DNA of 64,000 nucleotides from Thermodesulfobacteriota bacterium (lineage in GTDB: Bacteria; Desulfobacterota_D; UBA1144; Nemesobacterales; UBA2774): positions 1,248,001-1,312,000 of the forward strand of contig OZ244991.1 in assembly GCA_965223335.1 (NCBI GenBank), given 5' to 3'. This document shows positions 48,305-57,532 of the stretch, in pieces. Position numbers and translations under genes: made by a program. Each line of letters begins with the position of its first letter. The first letter of the stretch is position 1. The notes below the pieces were generated by a model. The model saw only the letters and a program-made list of their open reading frames with translations. It ran no database searches and was not told the DNA's origin.

Positions 48305-50245
48305 ATGCGTTTTATTTTCGTGATGATTTTATGTTTGTTATTTTCAGTACCACTTACCTGGGGTTATTCCACAGATTCGGGTTTAATACGAGATAGTGAC
48401 GGGAACAAGGTTAACTTATACGGTGTGAACTGGTTTGGATTCGAGACCAACGACCATGTTGTTCACGGTCTTTGGGCTAGGAACTGGAAGGATATGATCT
48501 CGCAGATAAAAGGGCTCGGTTTTACAGCGATCAGATTACCGTTTTGCCCCCAAACATTAAATAACATTAATCCCACGAGCATTAATTATTCGAAAAATCC
48601 GGATCTTGTCGGTTTAGGCTCTCTGGATATTATGGATCAGGTTATAAGCGAACTTGATCGAGAAGGGTTTTATATACTGCTTGACCACCACACATCCGAC
48701 TGTCAGACGATTGAAGAGCTATGGTACACATCAAATTACACAGAACAGGATTGGATAGATGATCTAGTGTTTATAGCAAGCCGATATCAGGGGATAAAGG
48801 GTTTTCTTGGAATAGATATAAAGAATGAACCACATGGTCCTGCCACGTGGGGTGTGGGCAATCATGCTACAGATTGGAATAGTGCAGCTGAGAGAGCAGC
48901 TTCTGAAATTTTGGCTGTTAATCCCAATATACTCATTTTTGTGCAGGGCATAGAGAGCAACCCTGTGTGCAGTGGTACGGTTAACCACTGGTGGGGAGGG
49001 AATCTCGAGCCCTTTAGCTGTTTTCCACTGAATATACCTGAGGATAAACTAGTGCTTAGTCCCCATGTCTATGGCCCGGATGTTTATGAACAGCCTTATT
49101 TCAGTGATCCGGATTTTCCAAACAACATGCCGGGTATATGGGAGCAGCATTTCGGCTACCTTGTTCAAGAGGGGCAAGCTGTAGTCCCAGGGGAGTTCGG
49201 TGGCAGGTATGGACACGGCGGTGATCCCAATGACAAGGTTTGGCAGGACGCACTCATCGATTACTTCCTCAGTAAAGGTATTACAAACTTTTTCTACTGG
49301 TCCTGGAATCCCAACAGCGGTGATACCGGGGGCATACTAAAAGACAATTGGCAAGATGTGTGGCAGGATAAGGTGGGTTTATTGGCAAGGTTAATAAACG
49401 GTTCAACCACTCCACCTGCTGGGCCAGCTTGTTCGGACTCGTTAGATAATGACAACGACGGTTTTGTAGATTATCCCGATGACCCGGGGTGTAACAGTGC
49501 GGACGACAATGATGAAACTGATTCTCCCAAACAAGGTAACCAGCTTAGCACCAAACTCGTAATAAGTGATGACTGGGGCACCGGATATTGTGCCGATGTC
49601 ACTGTGTCTAATACGGGTAGCGAGGATGAAGATTGGGTAGTGTCTTTTACAATCGAAGGGACAGTTAAGGATCTATGGAATGCAACATATTCTCAAGCTG
49701 GCGATCTTATAACAGCTCAAGGTGTGTCATGGAATAATATTGTTAATGCAGGTTCAACTGTAACATTCGGTTTTTGTGCAAATAGGAAAGCACCTTTACC
49801 GACTCCCACGCCAATACCAACACCGGTCTCGACTCCGACCCCTGTGCCAACTCCAATACCCACTCCACCGCCCGTTGTGTTCGCTTGTTCTGACGGGTTA
49901 GACAACGATGGCGACGCTCTTATAGACTATCCGGCCGATCCCGGGTGCGATAACGCGGATGATTCCGACGAATACAATGTGCCGTCTGGTGCGGATGATC
50001 TAAGTATCGAGCTGATCATAACAAACGATTGGGGTAGGGGTTACTGTGCAGATGTGTTTGTTTATAACAACACAAGCACTAATATTGACTGGGTTGTTAC
50101 ATTTGATGCAGAAGGTTCTATTCGTAACATTTGGAACGCGGTTTATGAGCAAAGTGGGGAACAAGTGATTGCACGAGGTGCATCGTGGAACAATATTGTA
50201 AATGCCGGGAGTCATACTACGTTCGGATATTGTGCAATAAGATGA
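48305..50245 (+). CDS. Secreted GH5 endoglucanase with two CBM2 modules, two Asp-rich Cys-flanked motifs and a Pro/Thr linker
   Basis: GVNWFGFET, HGLWARNW, KNEPH (acid/base), SPHVYGP, GEFGG (nucleophile), YWSWNPNSGDTGG; DWG.GYC..V...W.V.F...WNA...WN...FG.CA twice; AGGAGG RBS before ATG 48305. Confidence 0.9.
   Translation: MRFIFVMILCLLFSVPLTWGYSTDSGLIRDSDGNKVNLYGVNWFGFETNDHVVHGLWARNWKDMISQIKGLGFTAIRLPFCPQTLNNINPTSINYSKNPDLVGLGSLDIMDQVISELDREGFYILLDHHTSDCQTIEELWYTSNYTEQDWIDDLVFIASRYQGIKGFLGIDIKNEPHGPATWGVGNHATDWNSAAERAASEILAVNPNILIFVQGIESNPVCSGTVNHWWGGNLEPFSCFPLNIPEDKLVLSPHVYGPDVYEQPYFSDPDFPNNMPGIWEQHFGYLVQEGQAVVPGEFGGRYGHGGDPNDKVWQDALIDYFLSKGITNFFYWSWNPNSGDTGGILKDNWQDVWQDKVGLLARLINGSTTPPAGPACSDSLDNDNDGFVDYPDDPGCNSADDNDETDSPKQGNQLSTKLVISDDWGTGYCADVTVSNTGSEDEDWVVSFTIEGTVKDLWNATYSQAGDLITAQGVSWNNIVNAGSTVTFGFCANRKAPLPTPTPIPTPVSTPTPVPTPIPTPPPVVFACSDGLDNDGDALIDYPADPGCDNADDSDEYNVPSGADDLSIELIITNDWGRGYCADVFVYNNTSTNIDWVVTFDAEGSIRNIWNAVYEQSGEQVIARGASWNNIVNAGSHTTFGYCAIR
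49427..50245 (+). repeat. Internal duplication of an [ACSD.LDND.D...DYP.DPGC + CBM2] unit
   Basis: Units start at 49427 and 49883 (456 nt apart) and are separated by a PTPTPIPT linker; similarity is visible at protein and DNA level. Confidence 0.85.
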
Positions 50246-50259
50246 TCGATCGTGAATCG

Positions 50260-50282
50260 GGAAGATGCAATAGGCATCTTCC
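50260..50282. terminator. Hairpin between convergent genes, probable terminator
   Basis: GGAAGATGC-aatag-GCATCTTCC: 9-bp perfect stem, 5-nt loop; U-tract is weak. Confidence 0.55.
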
Positions 50283-50306
50283 TCTTGCTCAAGGTCTAGT
50301 ATTTTG

Positions 50307-53300
50307 TTAATCGATGTTTCTTGAGTCCGTGGCGAGCATTAGCTTCCAGTCTTTTATAAACAGCTTGCCTGTGCTGTCAGTAACATCGGTGTTTAGGTGG
50401 CTTGTTAGGTAGTAAAGGCGGCGTATCTGGTCGTTTTCGGCCGCACCCACGTTGGCGTCGTTAAATCTCTGCTGCAGGTAAAACGGCGGGATTGACTGGT
50501 TGAAGAGTTTGACTTCAACCGTGGCAGCCGAAGCGAGTTCCTGGGGTGTTAAGTCCACCTCGTAAACTATAATGTCGGCTCCGGTGAGGAGTGGGTCGGT
50601 GTAGTAGGGGTCGTTGGCAGCGTTGCCGGGGATAATGGCCAGCTCCTGCACAAACTCAGACGGGCTAGTGGCAAAGAAGTTGGGGTTAAACCCCTTGGGA
50701 CGAAGCCTGTTGTTCTTTAATGTATTTACTCTCCTTAGAAAGCTTGTTGTCAGCTCGTTCTCCGAATCGGTGACAACCTCTTGGTAGATCTGTACCTCGT
50801 CCTGGCCGGTAATGGTCTGGTAATGGGGCTGGAAGCTCATAGGGTTCTCAAGCGGGAGCTCAGATGGCAGGACCTCACCAGTTGCCCCATCGATTATGGC
50901 CCCGACGCTGTTTGTACTGCCCGAGGCCCACAGTACGTTGCCTTGGCTGTCTTTTACCACGAACTCTATGAATACGCGGCGAAACGCCACACCCGAGGGC
51001 AGGTAGTGGCCTACTTTGTTTGTTACCTTGACCTCGGCACGAATGCCCGAGCTATCGACATCGAGCGATTGGATATCTATCTCGGCTGTCTGGTTCTCGG
51101 CCATGTCTATAAACGATTCCCTGGCTGCGGTAAGTGCCGGTACGGTGGCGACACCGGTCATAAAATCGATCTGTCTTATACCTAAAATCAGCGGGAACTC
51201 TTGGAACATCTCGTTTAAAAACACGTTAAGGCCGTGGAGACTGTGTCGTGCGTACCTGTTGCGTTCGGTGAGCTCGATCTCGTTGTCGGGTAGTCTGTTG
51301 GACGTGGGAGGGAGGTTCGTAGACTCTATGTTTGCGATCTTGAACTTTAGCTCCTCGCCATGGAACTTGGTGGGCATATGACAGCCCTGGCATGTTTGTT
51401 CCAAGGGCCTCCCTGTTGCATAATCGCTGTTTTGCCATTCCAGATCTGTGGTCTGTTCGTAGCTAAATCCGAGCAGCTCACCCTCGTTGGTGACTACGGG
51501 CAGGAGTATGTTGTGGCAGGTCGCGCATATATCGGCTTTAAGTGTTTGACTGCCGAACTTAGGTTCGATGCCGATAGAGTTTTGCATGGGTTTTGTTACG
51601 ACTTGTTGGTAGGGGCCGTAGATCTCGTTTGAGGGGCCGGTTACGAAGTTGCCGGTGTATATGTTGTCGGTTCCAAAGCCTGTGTCTACGATGTGGTGAC
51701 ACACGGTGCATGATATGCCGTCGCGTGCAAGGGAGCCGTAGCGCTGGTTCATGTTGGGATTGGAGCCCGGCCACTCGGTCACAGCACTGGCGGGAAGCGG
51801 TTCGCCGAAGGGGACTTCTGGTGGGGGAGTGATACCGAATAGATCTTTGCACATCTCGTCGTCTTGGTCGAGTGTGTCTATCTGGAGCTGGCGCTGTCCC
51901 ATTACCCCGTGACAGTGTAAACAGGTGGTTTCTATGCATGCTGTGGGGTCCGGGAGCCCTGCCAACCCGCCGGCAAAGAAATTGGTCTCGCTCTCTACCT
52001 GAGCAAAAAATATGGGGTCGCGCCCGGCCTGACCGAGCGGGGAGGCCTTCCATTCGCTGTAAGGCGAGAGGTTGTATCTGGTAATAGTGCCGTCGATGTT
52101 TTTTTCTTCGAACAGCATGTTTGGTAAAGAGAAATTGATGAACGTCCCGTCATGACAGCCGATGCATTGATCGGAGGTCAAAAACTTGGGCGGGCCCTCT
52201 GCGAACGAGACCTGGTGGTCGTATGTTTCCGCCGGCAGGCGTAGTGCCCAGGCCTCTTGGAACGTTACCTCGGGTATCTGGTTGTAGAACTCGAGGAACT
52301 CCTCTGTGGGCTCCGAAAGCGGGACCCCGAACGTGGGCATGAACCCATCTTCCTGCTGACTCTCGATAAAAAAGAGTGCTATCCTCTGAGGGATATGTAG
52401 TAGTCCATCGTAATTAGGGTCTTCCAAGGTAATCAAATTTGGGCTGAACTGTTTAAATTTGGTCCCGGGAGTGATTACGTTTACAAGGCTAGAAAAGGTT
52501 GATTCACTCACTGCCGACGCATGGCAGTTGAGACACCAGTTGCCGTACTGATTGTAAGTCCATACGGTATTGGGAAACTTTGAGTCCTCTATAAATAAGT
52601 AGCCAGTGGGGTACCAGGTTGAGTCTGGAAAGAGTGGTGGGTTGCCGGTGTTGTTGAAAAAGTCACGTGTGGTAATAGCTGATTTATTTAGAATCGGGGG
52701 ATTGCCTATACTCCATTTCGGTATACTCGAGCCGCTAAGCTCAGCTCTGATGTCGCCCTGATACCAGCCGTCTTTAGATGCCTCATTCTTTTTTATAAAG
52801 TAGGTCCATGAAGTAGGCAGAACACTTACTGTTATATCCATGCACCCCTCGCTGTCGGTTACTATGCCCAGGTCCGAGTCTATGGGGTGCTGCTCTTTTA
52901 TTATCATTGCGCCGTCGGGAAGGCCCCCCACGCGGCCTCCGCATAGCCACTCTATTACCTCGGGGGAGTAGTAAATACGGACAGCAGTTGAGTGCACACC
53001 GAAAAACTCGCCGAAACCGATCATACCTAAGTAGGGTCCCGTCATCCTCCAGTTCATGTCTCGGGCCCAGTTGAGTTGGGTATCGTAGTCACGGTCCCTT
53101 ACAAATGCCTCAAAACTCTTATCGAAACTGTTCTTTGCATTTATATCTGATAGAGGGGCGGGGTCTCTTAAGTTGGGTGGTGCGGGTATGCCCGAACCCT
53201 CGTTTTCGTTGCACCAGTTGTTTATTTCCTGTTGAGTGAGCTCGATTACCGTGTCTGGGCAAACCCAGTCATTTGGGTCTGGAGGCAGGCCAGTTTTGTT

Positions 53301-53381
53301 ATTGTTGTTGTTATTGTTACAAGCTGAGATTGGTAGAACTAAGAGCAGAACTACAAATAGATAGGTTTTGTTAAGTTTCAT
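50307..53381 (-). CDS. Multiheme c-type cytochrome lipoprotein with N-terminal cytochrome P460-like domain
   Basis: Lipobox PISAC; LPDGAMIIKEQ...GWY...CLNCH; further CIGCH, CLHCH, CTVCH, CATCH, CQGCH. Start placed at MKLNK (53381). Confidence 0.8.
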   Translation of the reverse strand: MKLNKTYLFVVLLLVLPISACNNNNNNNKTGLPPDPNDWVCPDTVIELTQQEINNWCNENEGSGIPAPPNLRDPAPLSDINAKNSFDKSFEAFVRDRDYDTQLNWARDMNWRMTGPYLGMIGFGEFFGVHSTAVRIYYSPEVIEWLCGGRVGGLPDGAMIIKEQHPIDSDLGIVTDSEGCMDITVSVLPTSWTYFIKKNEASKDGWYQGDIRAELSGSSIPKWSIGNPPILNKSAITTRDFFNNTGNPPLFPDSTWYPTGYLFIEDSKFPNTVWTYNQYGNWCLNCHASAVSESTFSSLVNVITPGTKFKQFSPNLITLEDPNYDGLLHIPQRIALFFIESQQEDGFMPTFGVPLSEPTEEFLEFYNQIPEVTFQEAWALRLPAETYDHQVSFAEGPPKFLTSDQCIGCHDGTFINFSLPNMLFEEKNIDGTITRYNLSPYSEWKASPLGQAGRDPIFFAQVESETNFFAGGLAGLPDPTACIETTCLHCHGVMGQRQLQIDTLDQDDEMCKDLFGITPPPEVPFGEPLPASAVTEWPGSNPNMNQRYGSLARDGISCTVCHHIVDTGFGTDNIYTGNFVTGPSNEIYGPYQQVVTKPMQNSIGIEPKFGSQTLKADICATCHNILLPVVTNEGELLGFSYEQTTDLEWQNSDYATGRPLEQTCQGCHMPTKFHGEELKFKIANIESTNLPPTSNRLPDNEIELTERNRYARHSLHGLNVFLNEMFQEFPLILGIRQIDFMTGVATVPALTAARESFIDMAENQTAEIDIQSLDVDSSGIRAEVKVTNKVGHYLPSGVAFRRVFIEFVVKDSQGNVLWASGSTNSVGAIIDGATGEVLPSELPLENPMSFQPHYQTITGQDEVQIYQEVVTDSENELTTSFLRRVNTLKNNRLRPKGFNPNFFATSPSEFVQELAIIPGNAANDPYYTDPLLTGADIIVYEVDLTPQELASAATVEVKLFNQSIPPFYLQQRFNDANVGAAENDQIRRLYYLTSHLNTDVTDSTGKLFIKDWKLMLATDSRNID

Positions 53382-53578
53382 TTCCCACGTCCCCAATTTT
53401 ATTTGCCGGTGTGATTCGAAATGCAGTTAACTTTAAAATCCCCACCTATTATACATATCACAAATTAATAAATATCTCTATATATTCATACACATTACTA
53501 TAAAAATGTGTTCAATTAGGGTTGTATCCGGATTGCTTAGCTTTGTTGAGAAGCTCATACTCACAATATTGTTCGGCT

Positions 53579-55147
53579 CTATTGTTCCAACTTGCGTTTT
53601 TTCAATAAGCTCATAATCGAGTGGAGTTCATCGATACTCAGAAGTTTGGCGAGTAAAAAATATAGCCCTCCGGATACAAATATGGAACCGAAGAGTAGTA
53701 TGAATTTTTGAGCTGAGAGTTCTGAGGTAGTCCACTGTGTGAGCTGTGTTATAGACCATGCAACAGTAGCGGTGATAAGCGAGATGACTAGTATTTTCAT
53801 GCAGTATGAAAAAAGCCCCGTGACTCCTAAATCCGGTGTTTTCTTCTCGAGGAGGTAAAGAAGTAAAATGAAATTCAATATCGAGGATACGGAGCTTGCG
53901 ACTGCAAGCCCTGTGTGGTTCATCCCGAGTTTAAAACCCAACACAAAACCGATTGCAGCATTGGCCACAAACGCGATCAGTGCAATGACTACAGGCGTTT
54001 TGGTGTCTTGCATGGCGTAGAACGCGGGTGCTGTAATTCTTATGCCCCCCACTGCCCAGAGCCCAAACGCATAACCCAACAGTGCCTGGGACGTATAGAC
54101 CATAGCCTCGGCACTGAACTCGCCGTGCTGGTAAAGCAGGTTGCATATGGGCTCGCGCAGAGCTATGAGCCCGCAAAGTGCTGGGATCAGGATAAACAGC
54201 ACAAGCCTTAACGTGAACACGTAGGTCTCTTTAAACTTATCCATCTCGCCCCTCGATATAAGAGAGGAGAGGTTTGGCAGCAGTACCGTTGCGACCGACA
54301 CTGCAAAAATGCCCAACGGGAACTCTATTAGTCGTTCGGCGAAGTAGAGGTAAGATACCGTCCCCTCGGGCATATATGATGCGTACTGGGTGTTTACAAG
54401 GATGTTGAGGTTGTACACGGCAATGCCGAAGAGCTGGGGGAGCATCAAAAGTGCTATGCGTTTCACGGCAGGGGTCCAAATACTCTTGCTAAAACTAAAT
54501 AGATATCCCCTGGTGCTTAGGAATGGCAATTGGAAAGCAAGTTGCAGGATGCCCCCTATGATGACTCCGATAGCTGCTGCATGGATCGGTATATTGAAAT
54601 AGCTGTGCATCAATATGATCGTGAGCACAATGGCAATGTTGAATAAAACGGGTGAGAACGCCGGGGCAAAGAAATGTCGAAGTGAGTTTAGGATTCCCAT
54701 AGACAAGGCTGTTAAAGAGATGAAGAACAGGTATGGGAACATAAACCGGTTTAGGTATACGGTTAGTCTGAATGTCTCTTCATCAAAACCCGATGCAAAG
54801 AGCTTTACTATGAAGGGGGAGAATATTACCCCGAGTGCTGTGATTACTAGGAGAAGAATAAAGAGTAGGGTAAATACGGAGTCGGATACTTTCTTGGCTT
54901 CTTCTTTATCTTTTTGTTCGAGCTGTTCAGTGAATACCGGGATAAACGATATTGTTAAAGAGCCCTCTGCAAAGAGGCGTCTTAGCAGGTTTGGGATCCT
55001 AAATGCTACCCAAAAGGCATCGGTCGCGTAGCCAGCACCGAAGAAATATGCAATGACTACGTCTCGCAGGTACCCGGCAATCCGGCTTAAGAATGTAAGG
55101 GCGCCTACAAGGCCTGCGGACTTGGTTATTTGTTCATTTCGGTTCAT
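53579..55147 (-). CDS. murJ: Lipid II flippase MurJ
   Basis: SRIAGYLRD, AFRIPNLLRRLFAEG, ERLIEFPLG, FYAMQDTKTP. Confidence 0.96.
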   Translation of the reverse strand: MNRNEQITKSAGLVGALTFLSRIAGYLRDVVIAYFFGAGYATDAFWVAFRIPNLLRRLFAEGSLTISFIPVFTEQLEQKDKEEAKKVSDSVFTLLFILLLVITALGVIFSPFIVKLFASGFDEETFRLTVYLNRFMFPYLFFISLTALSMGILNSLRHFFAPAFSPVLFNIAIVLTIILMHSYFNIPIHAAAIGVIIGGILQLAFQLPFLSTRGYLFSFSKSIWTPAVKRIALLMLPQLFGIAVYNLNILVNTQYASYMPEGTVSYLYFAERLIEFPLGIFAVSVATVLLPNLSSLISRGEMDKFKETYVFTLRLVLFILIPALCGLIALREPICNLLYQHGEFSAEAMVYTSQALLGYAFGLWAVGGIRITAPAFYAMQDTKTPVVIALIAFVANAAIGFVLGFKLGMNHTGLAVASSVSSILNFILLLYLLEKKTPDLGVTGLFSYCMKILVISLITATVAWSITQLTQWTTSELSAQKFILLFGSIFVSGGLYFLLAKLLSIDELHSIMSLLKKRKLEQ

Positions 55148-55187
55148 CGGAGTGTGTGTTCATGCCGTTTTAACTTTTAGTTCTTAT

Positions 55188-55409
55188 TTATGGACTTGGT
55201 GGGTCTACCTCGTCGAACTCAATCTCCTCTCTGAGAGCGTTTAGTATTGAAGCAAAAGCTTTATCGGTATCCGGTGTTGATATTACCTTAATTATTCCCT
55301 CTTCGGGGTATTCGGTGCGGACCCATGCCAGGTGGGTGTATGTGCCCAGGATTGATTGGAAGTAGATCGTCTCGCTATTATTTTTGAGTTTGATGTAAGT
55401 GACTGCCAT
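55188..55409 (-). CDS. Small hypothetical protein, DUF4911-like
   Basis: YFQSIL..Y..LA.VRT....G.I.....PD pattern; directly upstream of murJ. Confidence 0.55.
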   Translation of the reverse strand: MAVTYIKLKNNSETIYFQSILGTYTHLAWVRTEYPEEGIIKVISTPDTDKAFASILNALREEIEFDEVDPPSP

Positions 55410-55682
55410 GACTTTAATCAGAGAAAATAAAATCTAAATCACTAACTGTCAAATCGTAATTTTTTTATTTACAGACTGAATGTGTATAGGCGGGATCGGG
55501 GAGAATAGGGGTTAAGCGAGTGTTAAATTAGTCATATATAAATGGACTGATACAAATAGGTTGTATCTGATACTTAAAGTCGAAGATTAATGTGCTCTAG
55601 ACCCATCTTGAAATGTCCTAAAACTTGTACTCATTTGTAGTCTTATGTTGTAGACGTAAATGACCGAAAAAAAATAATAAAT

Positions 55683-55777
55683 GTGGTAAATGAGCTTGAC
55701 AAAGCACGAACAATTTTATATAGTGGTTCAGGGTGGTATATAGTGGCATGAGATAAATATAAAGTGGTATAGGGTGG
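55683..55777 (+). promoter_or_regulatory. dcw promoter with MraZ-binding GTGG repeats
   Basis: TTGACA (55696-55701), 17 nt, TATAGT (55719-55724); GTGG at 55723, 55733, 55743, 55764, 55774 (also 55683). Confidence 0.8.
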
Positions 55778-55780
55778 TCG

Positions 55781-56230
55781 GTGATGTTTCGTGGCAGATA
55801 TGAGCATACGATGACTGAAAAAGGAAGGGTTAGCGTGCCTGCTAGGTTTAGAGAGGTGTGTAAGGAGCGCTATGAGGATGAGACTTTCGTGATTACAAAT
55901 TTCGATAAATGCCTCGTGGCTTATCCTCTTAAGGAGTGGAGAGAGATTGAGCGAAAAGTGGTCGAGTTGCCGCAGTTCAAGCAGGAGGTCATATCGTTTT
56001 TGCGCTATCTAATGGGCGGAGCGGTGGATTGTCCTATAGACGGGCAGGGCAGGATCTTGGTGCCTCAGTCACTTAGAAGCCACGCCAATATCAGCAAAGA
56101 GGTCATCATGGTAGGTATGCTGACAAGGTTTGAGATATGGGCTAAAGAAGTTTGGGAGGAAGAGCAGGCTGTTAGCGCCTATGACGAGTTTAAAAAGAGC
56201 AGAGAGCTTTTAGCGGCCGAAGGACTCTAG
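55781..56230 (+). CDS. mraZ: Division/cell wall cluster transcriptional repressor MraZ
   Basis: MFRGRYEH...KGRVSVPARFR, DGQGRILVP, FEIW. Confidence 0.95.
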   Translation: MMFRGRYEHTMTEKGRVSVPARFREVCKERYEDETFVITNFDKCLVAYPLKEWREIERKVVELPQFKQEVISFLRYLMGGAVDCPIDGQGRILVPQSLRSHANISKEVIMVGMLTRFEIWAKEVWEEEQAVSAYDEFKKSRELLAAEGL

Positions 56231-56233
56231 AGT

Positions 56234-57193
56234 ATGGAAAACGCGGTATTGGAAGTGGAAAAGATTATTCATAAATCGGTAATGGTCGATGAGGCTATGG
56301 AGTATCTCATTACAAACCCCGAGGGGACCTATGTCGATGCCACGGTGGGCTTGGGAGGTCATACGGGTGCGATACTGAGAAACACCGGGACCGGGGGCAA
56401 GGTAGTGGGCCTCGATGTTGACGAAGAGGTACTCGATATTGCGAGAGAGAGGCTAGAGAGCTATTCAAGCAAAGTAGTGTTGAGAAATAATAACTATTCG
56501 GCCATAGACAAGGTGCTCGCAGACCTGGGGGTAGAGCAGTTGGACGGGATAATAGCCGATTTGGGTATGTCGTCTTTCCAGATAGATTCGAGTGGGCGAG
56601 GGTTCAGTTTCCAGAGGGACGAGCCGCTTGATATGAGGATGGACGCAACTCTCCGGTTCCGCGCATATGACCTGGTAAACGAGATGACAGTTGACGAAAT
56701 AACGAAGGTGTTAAAAACGTATGGCGAGGAGCGTTGGGCTAAGAGGATAGCAAAGAGGGTTGTAGAGAAGCGCAAAGGCTCTAAGATCAAGAGCTCGGCT
56801 GAGCTGGCCGGGATCGTATCGGATGCTATCCCCAACAAATTCCACTCGCCAAAGATTCACCCGGCCACAAAAACCTTCCAGGCTTTTAGAATAGCGGTAA
56901 ATAACGAACTCGAGAATTTGAAGGACTTCATAACGAAATCGGTCTCACTCCTTAAAGTAGGAGGGAGGATAGCAATAATATCTTTTCATTCCCTTGAGGA
57001 CAGGGCGGTAAAGAGTTCATTCAGGAGGTTTGCATCGCCGTGTGTTTGCCCGCCTGACCTTCCAAGGTGTAGTTGCGGTAAAGAGAAGATGCTTAAAATT
57101 ATTACACCTCGGGCAATCACACCCAGCGAGGACGAGGTTTTAAATAACCCCAGGTCGCGCAGTGCAAAGATGAGGGTTGCCGAGAGGGTATAG
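56234..57193 (+). CDS. rsmH: 16S rRNA m4C1402 methyltransferase
   Basis: HKSVM, DATVGLGGH, DLGMSSFQ, PLDMRMD, FQAFRIAVN, SFHSLEDR, NPRSRSAKMR. Confidence 0.97.
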   Translation: MENAVLEVEKIIHKSVMVDEAMEYLITNPEGTYVDATVGLGGHTGAILRNTGTGGKVVGLDVDEEVLDIARERLESYSSKVVLRNNNYSAIDKVLADLGVEQLDGIIADLGMSSFQIDSSGRGFSFQRDEPLDMRMDATLRFRAYDLVNEMTVDEITKVLKTYGEERWAKRIAKRVVEKRKGSKIKSSAELAGIVSDAIPNKFHSPKIHPATKTFQAFRIAVNNELENLKDFITKSVSLLKVGGRIAIISFHSLEDRAVKSSFRRFASPCVCPPDLPRCSCGKEKMLKIITPRAITPSEDEVLNNPRSRSAKMRVAERV

Positions 57194-57196
57194 GAT

Positions 57197-57532
57197 ATGG
57201 GACACACGAAAGCTACACATCTAGGTGGAAAGGTAAGACCCTATAAGAGCTATGTCTCGCGCAAGGTGATCGTATTAATAGTCTTAGCGGTGCTCGTGGC
57301 GCTTTTTTATGTGCGTATAAAAGTTGAGAAGGTCAGTCTCGGGTACGCGATATCTGCAAACAAAAAAATACATAAAGAGCTGGTAGAAGAAAACAGGTTG
57401 CTACAGTCGGAGCTCCTTAAACTCAAATCCCCTGATAGGCTAGAGAGGATCGGGCTTCATCTCGGGTTTAAGTTTCCAACTCAGAAAGACATTATCTATA
57501 TGGAGAAACGAACTGTAATCGGGAACCGATGA
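57197..57532 (+). CDS. ftsL: Cell division protein FtsL
   Basis: Single TM plus leucine-zipper ending LKSPDRLE; canonical position between rsmH and ftsI. Confidence 0.8.
   Translation: MGHTKATHLGGKVRPYKSYVSRKVIVLIVLAVLVALFYVRIKVEKVSLGYAISANKKIHKELVEENRLLQSELLKLKSPDRLERIGLHLGFKFPTQKDIIYMEKRTVIGNR

Noticed and set aside
53298..53318. AAC/AAT run as a possible phase-variation tract
   Set aside because: Mixed-codon trinucleotide run encoding an Asn7 linker; slippage would not shift the frame.
55410..55680. Possible RNase P RNA or other ncRNA upstream of mraZ
   Set aside because: No GAGGAAAGTCC motif or GC-rich helices; looks like an AT-rich divergent promoter region.
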